Below are positions 58,301-64,000 of a stretch of DNA of 64,000 bases, one piece after another (positions within the stretch are counted from its first letter, which is position 1; each line of letters begins with the position of its first letter). Origin of the DNA: Candidatus Latescibacterota bacterium (GTDB lineage Bacteria; Latescibacterota; UBA2968; SICM01). The stretch covers positions 1,312,001 to 1,376,000 of the forward strand of contig CBDCJO010000002.1 of the NCBI GenBank assembly GCA_965217865.1. The letters are read 5' to 3'. The notes under the pieces are model-generated. The model saw only the letters and a list, made by a program, of their open reading frames with translations. It searched no databases and was not told the origin of the DNA. A program made the translations under genes and the position numbers.

Positions 58301-59626
58301 GGGGAAAACTTTATGTTCCTTGGCGGCCACAGGGCAACCCATAAGATTCAGCTGGCCAGCCACCCGGATCGGCAGAAGGTCCGGAAGGGAGATATCATCA
58401 AGTTCAGCCGGGACGAGTTGGGCAATGCGATTCCTTCCACAGTCGAGCTATTTTTCAAAGGCAGCGAACACTTCAAGAAGAAGAGCCGGGTGAATGCCGC
58501 GTCGGTCCGGGACTTCGACGGAGACGACGAGTTGGAGATGGTCTTCTCGGTGAACCACAAGACGAAGTTGGAGTCGGACGGAACGATAATCGAACGGGAC
58601 GACCTGTTCCTTTACGACCCCAATGGCGTGCCGATGTTTTCGAAATTCCTCGACGGGTCCCAAGTCTTCAAGTTCAAGAAGTCCGGGAAGCATCTGGCCA
58701 AGAGTTCAAAGGATGATGACGACGATGATGGGCATGAAGAAAAGGACGACAATGATGATGATGAGGAAAAGCCCAAACGATCTAAGCGGCACGAGAACAT
58801 CGACGGTGTTTCTGTATACAAGGTGAGCGAAAACCTGTGGCGGGTCAACCTTACGACGAAGAACGAGGCCTGCATCGGGGACCTCGAATTCGACAGGAAC
58901 GACGTTGTGGCATTCGACTTCGATCCGGCAACCCAGACCGCAACGAATCCGAGTATACTGGCGGACCTGGGGTCCCTGTTCAAGGGGAACTCCAACATCG
59001 ACGCCCTGGACGTGGTGGACGACGATCGCAACGGGACATTCGAGAGCATCGTGTTCTCCACGCAGAGTAAGGAGCGGCTGAGGGCGGATAAAAGGACAAA
59101 ACTCCTGTCGACGATCGTATACCTCCGCAACCTGGAAACCGAGACGATCGAGGAGCTTTTCGACCCCAAGGAAGATGGGTTGACGAGGAAGAAGATCAAC
59201 ATCGGGGCGGTGTCCACGCTGGGCGCGCTGAAGCCGTGGGGCGAAGGACCAAAGCCTGAGGAGCAGAAGCCCGCGAAGGGTGCGGCGAAACTGGCTAAGG
59301 TTGGCGATGAGGACGCTGTCGAGGAGGTCGCAGATGTAACCGGGCCCACGACATTCGGTATGGATCAGAACTATCCGAACCCGTTCAACCCGGTCACGAC
59401 GATTCGATATGCCCTTCCAGAGGCCGCGGACGTCAACCTGGTCGTCTACAACATCCTGGGGCAGGCCGTCAAGGTCCTGGTGAATGGGTCTCAGGGGGCC
59501 GGGTATCATACGGCCAGGTGGGACAGCACGGATGAGATCGGCCGCCCTGTCGCAACAGGGGTCTACTTCTACCGCCTGCAGGCCGGATCGTTTGTCCAGG
59601 TCAAGAAGATGCTCCTGACCAAATAA
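55390..59626 (+). pseudogene. Large secreted repeat protein with T9SS C-terminal sorting domain; 5'-truncated, +1 frameshift near 56455
   Basis: ~200-aa internal repeats, three cadherin/Ig-like domains (ATDPD...FTWTP...ATDDG), CTD QNYPNPFNP...GVYFYRL...KKMLLTK; begins mid-repeat with no signal peptide. Confidence 0.85.
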
Positions 59627-59653
59627 GATTTTATGAGGGTTGTTCAAACAATG

Positions 59654-59685
59654 AAGCCCGGCGGGGTGCCGCCGGGCTTTTTTTT
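59654..59685 (+). terminator. Rho-independent terminator
   Basis: AAGCCCGGCGG-ggtg-CCGCCGGGCTT followed by a T run. Confidence 0.92.
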
Positions 59686-59720
59686 GCTAAAACCGGATTT
59701 GTTGGGAAGGGAGAAATTTC

Positions 59721-59749
59721 TTGACAGCCGGAAATCGGATATGTAGATA
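59721..59749 (+). promoter_or_regulatory. Putative sigma70 promoter
   Basis: TTGACA-17 nt-TAGATA. Confidence 0.45.
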
Positions 59750-59819
59750 GGGTGAAATTTGATAGCATGGGAGATGGGACCGACTCATCAACAACTGATC
59801 GTAATAGAGGGGAAGATCC

Positions 59820-61265
59820 TTGGCACAAGGTATGATTTCAGAAACCGCCCTTCATCGGCTCAGCATTCTGATGCCGGTCTATAACGAGCAATACTTTGTG
59901 GAGCAGATCGTAGAAAGAGTCTTATCCGTTCCGCTTCCTCAGGGTATCGAGCGAGAACTTGTGATTGTGGACGACTGCTCCACAGATGGTACGCGGACTA
60001 TACTCGAACGGATTTCGAAAGAACATCCCGATGTTGTCCGGCTTCTCCTCCACGAAACGAACCAGGGAAAGGGTGCTGCCATTCGCACTGCGGTGAAAGA
60101 GGCCACGGGTGATCTCACGATCATCCAGGACGCCGATTTAGAATATGATCCGAAGGACTATGAAAAACTCCTCCAACCCATTTTGATGGGGGATGCAGAC
60201 GTTGTCTATGGATCACGTTTCGCCCCCAGTGAATATCGCCGTGTGATGTTCTTCTGGCATTCACTTGGCAACAGTTTTCTAACGACGCTATCGAATATAT
60301 TCACGGATCTGAATCTGACCGATATGGAGACGTGCTACAAGGCGACCAAAGCCAGCATCCTGAAATCGATTCCGATTCGAAGTGATCGATTCGGGATAGA
60401 ACCTGAGCTCACCGCCAAATTCGCCAAACGCGGTTGTCGTATCTATGAGGTTCCGATCACGTATCGGGGACGAACCTACGAGGAAGGCAAAAAAATCACG
60501 TGGCGGGATGGCTTGAAGGCGCTCTTTACGATCGTGTACTTCTGGGTCAAGGACGATATTTATGAGGAGCTGTACGGACACGCGATTTTATACCAGCTTT
60601 CGCAGACACATCGATTCAACACGTGGATGGCTGAGACGGTTAAACCCTGGATGGGGGATTCCGTTCTGGAGATCGGTGCGGGTCTTGGGAACCTCACCCA
60701 GAAATTAACGCCTCGCAAGTCCTACACCATCAGCGACATGGATCCTCTCCACCTGGAGTATCTGAGAAACCGGTTCAGGTTTTTTCCTTCGATGGAAGTC
60801 AGAAAAGTGGATCTCGAAAATCCGGCCGATTTTGACCCCCTGGAAGGGCGATTCGATTCCATTGTCTGCCTGAACGTTTTGGAACACGTTGAAAAGGAAG
60901 GGCAGGCGCTGGAGAATATGTACCGTTCTTTACGTCCGGGGGGCAGCCCGATCATCCTGGTTCCGCAGGGGCGGTGGCTCTACGGTTCCCTTGATACCGT
61001 TCTGGGACACTATCGGCGATACTCCCGGAAGGCGTTGATCGATCGCTGTGAACGGGCCGGGTTTACCGTTACAAGGGCCTTCTCTTTCAACCGTGTGGGG
61101 CTCTTTCCCTGGTTTTTTAATGGCAGAATCCTTCATCGAAAGAATTTCGGAAAACTCCAGTTGAAAATATACGACAGTTTTATTTGGTTGTGGCGTCTGG
61201 TCGATCGATTTTTGCCGTGGCCGGGGCTTTCAGTCATCGGGATTGCGGAAAAACCTGAGTCTTGA
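59820..61265 (+). CDS. GT2 (DPM1-like) glycosyltransferase fused to a class I SAM methyltransferase
   Basis: PVYNE, VDDCSTDGT, QDADLEYDP, DMETCYK; LEIGAGLG, NVLEHV. Confidence 0.92.
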   Translation: MAQGMISETALHRLSILMPVYNEQYFVEQIVERVLSVPLPQGIERELVIVDDCSTDGTRTILERISKEHPDVVRLLLHETNQGKGAAIRTAVKEATGDLTIIQDADLEYDPKDYEKLLQPILMGDADVVYGSRFAPSEYRRVMFFWHSLGNSFLTTLSNIFTDLNLTDMETCYKATKASILKSIPIRSDRFGIEPELTAKFAKRGCRIYEVPITYRGRTYEEGKKITWRDGLKALFTIVYFWVKDDIYEELYGHAILYQLSQTHRFNTWMAETVKPWMGDSVLEIGAGLGNLTQKLTPRKSYTISDMDPLHLEYLRNRFRFFPSMEVRKVDLENPADFDPLEGRFDSIVCLNVLEHVEKEGQALENMYRSLRPGGSPIILVPQGRWLYGSLDTVLGHYRRYSRKALIDRCERAGFTVTRAFSFNRVGLFPWFFNGRILHRKNFGKLQLKIYDSFIWLWRLVDRFLPWPGLSVIGIAEKPES

Positions 61266-61375
61266 TTAAGTGGGGTTCACTATGGTGGTTAAAAGTGGAA
61301 TCCGGCTTTTTGGATTTTCATCATTCTTATTGCTACTGTAGGACAGTTCCTAATCCAATAGATAATGGAGAGTAT

Positions 61376-62477
61376 GTGAAGAATATTTCGACAACAAAAT
61401 ACGAATATATTAATGCCATAAGAGGTTTCGCAATCTTGGGAGTTGTCCTTGTCCATTCCTCACAATGGGTACGACCTGCATCAGATATTCTTTCCAAAAT
61501 AGCATCCGAAGGAGCACGAGGAGTACAACTGTTTTACGTAGCAAGTGCGTTAACATTATTTTTGTCAATGGCTTCACGAAAACAACAAGAAGAAAGACGT
61601 GGCCTCCTTAGTTATTTTATCAGACGTTTCTTTAGGATTGCACCCGCGTTCTACTGTGCAATAATCATTTATACTGCCTATAACGCAATGTCTGCCCATT
61701 ATTGGGCTCCAAATGGCCTTGAATGGTGGTCTATTCTTTTAACAGCATTTTTTATGCACGGGTGGCACCCGGAAACAATTACTTCAGTTGTTCCAGGTGG
61801 CTGGTCAATAGCTGTTGAAATGACTTTCTATTTGTTTACACCGTATCTTTTTTTGAAATTGAATGACATTAAGTCAACATTGATCGCGCTATTTCTATCC
61901 ATAGTTTTAACAACGAATTTTATCAATCGCTGTAATTTACTTGGTATCACCATACTATATAGATGCTCAACAATATTTAGTCAGTTCATTCTCTTATTTT
62001 TGGTTCTTCTCTCAATTGCCTGTCTTTATTTTAGGTATATTGCTCTATCATATAACTATAAAATATCCACATAGTGATAAGCATACGGCTTTCTTTCTGC
62101 TATTTGTATCAGTATTCCTTTTTGCTGCTTTCATGACTGTTGAGACGTACTCCAATTTGTTGCCAAAGCACATTCTGTATGGAGTGGCATTCCTACCCTT
62201 TTCTCTGGCCCTTCGTTACTCACCACATAGATTTCTGGTTAATAAGATCACAGTATTCATCGGCAAACTTAGTTTTAGTATTTATTTGGTTCATTTTATG
62301 GTTTTGAAAATAATGAAAAATGTGTTTTCCAGTGGTTTTGCGTTTGATGGAAACAGCGGATTTATATTGGCATTTCTCCTTGTTCTGTTATCGTCAATTT
62401 GTATTTCCTTTGTAACGCATAGGGCTGTTGAGATTCCTGGTACTAACCTTGGAAAGCATTTCGTGAAAAAGCTCTAA
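61376..62477 (+). pseudogene. Acyltransferase family 3 (OafA-like), low GC, frameshift near 61910
   Basis: AIRGFAILGVV, GVQLFY, RRFFRIAP, WSIAVEMTFY, GKLSFSIYLVH; removing one A near 61910 joins the two ORFs. Confidence 0.88.
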
Positions 62478-62513
62478 CAAGGCAACTGCACTCGGACGGC
62501 AAAAACGTCGCTC
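62471..62513 (+). other. Truncated integron attC-like site
   Basis: Stop codon lies in ...CTCTAAC, followed by AAGGCAACTGCACTCGGACGGCAAAAA; no matching right half. Confidence 0.55.
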
Positions 62514-62632
62514 AAAGGATCATATCGATATCTGAAGTCCTTTCAAAAACATCATCTGTTTCTCAGAAACTCATAAATAATAGATGTTATCAGTTCAGAT
62601 TTGGGAATCGGTAAGCTCCAAAGGAAACTCCC

Positions 62633-62661
62633 TTGACAACCCAATCCAGTTGCTATAGATT
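62633..62661 (+). promoter_or_regulatory. Putative sigma70 promoter (possibly the original tRNA promoter)
   Basis: TTGACA-17 nt-TAGATT, about 40 nt before the tRNA 5' fragment. Confidence 0.55.
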
Positions 62662-62672
62662 TTATTCCCCCA

Positions 62673-63323
62673 ATGGGGATTCGAAGTGATTATCTGTATT
62701 GGCGATTAGCTCAGGTGGTTATATTGGAGCAACCAGTTAAGTCGATTTCGGAAACATTGCGACAAAAGGTACGGGATGAGCTGCCGGAGGTGAAGGAGAT
62801 TTCGGATTCCATGCTCCGTGAGAAGGTGGTCGAGGCCTGGGCTATGGCTCTGGATGGCAGCAGTTTTGGTGCGATTTCTGAAATTAGGCCTTCGGGAAAT
62901 CCAGATACACCGCCGTTAAAAGAGGGGACACAGACCGACCATATCCGGGGAGTGACACTGATGGCGGTGAGGATGGCAGAAGAACTGGCGGGGTTGATTC
63001 CCAGCCTGAAGGTAAACCGGGACATTCTGATCGCTGGCGCACTGTGTCATGATGTGGGTAAACCCTGGGAGTTCGACCCGAGGAACCAGGCCCGTTGGAA
63101 GGGTTCTCCTCGGGCGGCTGGATGGCCGTCGATTCGGCATCCCGGCTATGGCGTACACATCTGCCTGAGCGTGGGACTGCCCGAGGAGGTGGCACATATT
63201 GCGGGTGGTCACTCAAGAGAGGGGGAGTTGGTGGTTCGGAGCCTGGAAAATACGATTGTGCACTACGCCGATCACGGCTTCTGGCGCATCCTGGACGCTG
63301 GAGGACTTCTGGAGAAGGCATGA
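62673..63323 (+). CDS. HD-domain (HDIG-type) phosphohydrolase
   Basis: DHIRGV, GALCHDVGK, IRH, GHS, VHYAD; true start uncertain. Confidence 0.85.
   Translation: MGIRSDYLYWRLAQVVILEQPVKSISETLRQKVRDELPEVKEISDSMLREKVVEAWAMALDGSSFGAISEIRPSGNPDTPPLKEGTQTDHIRGVTLMAVRMAEELAGLIPSLKVNRDILIAGALCHDVGKPWEFDPRNQARWKGSPRAAGWPSIRHPGYGVHICLSVGLPEEVAHIAGGHSREGELVVRSLENTIVHYADHGFWRILDAGGLLEKA
62701..62721 (+). repeat. 21-bp duplicate of the tRNA-Val 5' end
   Basis: GGCGATTAGCTCAGGTGGTTA identical to 63382-63402. Confidence 0.9.
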
Positions 63324-63380
63324 AGAGAATTTGGTGTATTTGGGGTCTTAACTGATTTCTAAACAATAAGAAATAAAGGT

Positions 63381-63457
63381 GGGCGATTAGCTCAGGTGGT
63401 TAGAGTGCTTGCTTGACATGCAAGAGGTCACTGGTTCAAGTCCAGTATCGCCCACCA
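63381..63457 (+). tRNA. trnV: tRNA-Val(GAC)
   Basis: Acceptor GGGCGAT/ATCGCCC, anticodon arm CTTGC-TTGACAT-GCAAG, GGTTCAAG T-loop, encoded CCA. Confidence 0.97.
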
Positions 63458-63488
63458 ATTAATGTTCTGACAAAATTATTCATGAAAG

Positions 63489-63521
63489 AAAGGCTTATCC
63501 AGATTAAGGATAAGCCTTTTT
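63489..63521 (+). terminator. Hairpin terminator after the tRNA (possibly bidirectional)
   Basis: AAAGGCTTATCC-agattaa-GGATAAGCCTTTTT. Confidence 0.8.
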
Positions 63522-63652
63522 GAATTCTATTGGCGTGTAACAGGATAAGCCTTGAACCTAACGAGCGATTCCGGACGTAAAAAGGGACAATCAGTCAGTT
63601 ATCGTAAACCACGAGTTCAATAAGGAAGTGCAACACTTGGCTTTTAAAGACT

Positions 63653-64000
63653 TCAATCAGCTGGATCTGGTTGTCGTTTTCCTATAAAAACGAGTGGATA
63701 AGTGAAGAAGTCATTCCACGGCTTAATATCGCGAGTGTTCCGCGCCATACTGTGCTTTAACGTATCTCTTGCTGCATCGGCCCCTTGGAAGGCCATACTT
63801 TGCAAGCCAAAGACTCGAGGGAGATTTATGATATGATTAAAGAAATCGTTGCGCATCAGTTCACCGCCCTTGATTTGGACGTCAATGAATCCGGCATTCT
63901 TAGCTCGATAAAGGAGTTCTTTTCGCGTAAACGAATCTTCATCCACGGGGCTAACTGGTCTACGGAGAAGCTTCCTTGCGGTGCGTCCAAAATGGAATAG
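63653..64000 (-). CDS. C-terminal part of a hypothetical protein, possibly a SAM methyltransferase; runs off window
   Basis: Frame open to the window edge; FTRKEL...AGF.DV and terminal VFIGKR resemble methyltransferase C-termini. Confidence 0.5.
   Translation of the reverse strand, partial: LFHFGRTARKLLRRPVSPVDEDSFTRKELLYRAKNAGFIDVQIKGGELMRNDFFNHIINLPRVFGLQSMAFQGADAARDTLKHSMARNTRDIKPWNDFFTYPLVFIGKRQPDPAD

Noticed and set aside
61900-61915. Programmed frameshifting in the acyltransferase or T9SS cargo
   Set aside because: Single-base indels in short runs without a slippery heptamer or stimulatory structure; decay or sequencing error is simpler.
62669-62690. CCCAATGGGGATTCGAA resembling a reversed tRNA T-arm
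   Set aside because: Too short, and no cloverleaf can be built on the minus strand.

Overview
Bacterial chromosomal window, mostly moderately GC-rich with low-GC patches at the right end. It is probably from a diderm FCB-superphylum lineage outside the Bacteroidota; this is inferred from SprA, a PorV-like barrel, a T9SS-CTD cargo protein and the lysS-lolD-mcsA-mcsB-clpC-bamA-skp block. Housekeeping genes (lysS, clpC, bamA, fabZ, era, murD, selB, dusB, coaD, rsmD, tRNA-Val) are interleaved with catabolic clusters. Three near-identical 1.53-kb IS1182/IS5-like elements sit at NTAG sites: one splits a lipoprotein gene, one splits a beta-CASP nuclease gene, and one is nested in the end of a 200-bp MITE upstream of sprA. 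Less obvious signals: polar 7-bp-period microrepeat arrays at many gene junctions; an IS copy whose two flanks differ from each other and from the reconstructed target; two abrupt gene-fusion junctions (~243 and ~55389); a sigma54-driven pilin-like mini-gene; a T9SS cargo built from unfamiliar alternating repeat modules; an attC remnant after a low-GC acyltransferase; an HD-protein islet bounded by a duplicated tRNA-Val 5' end; and absence of lpxD/lpxC/lpxA and lolC/E from their usual positions. All calls come from reading motifs by eye; no database searches were run.
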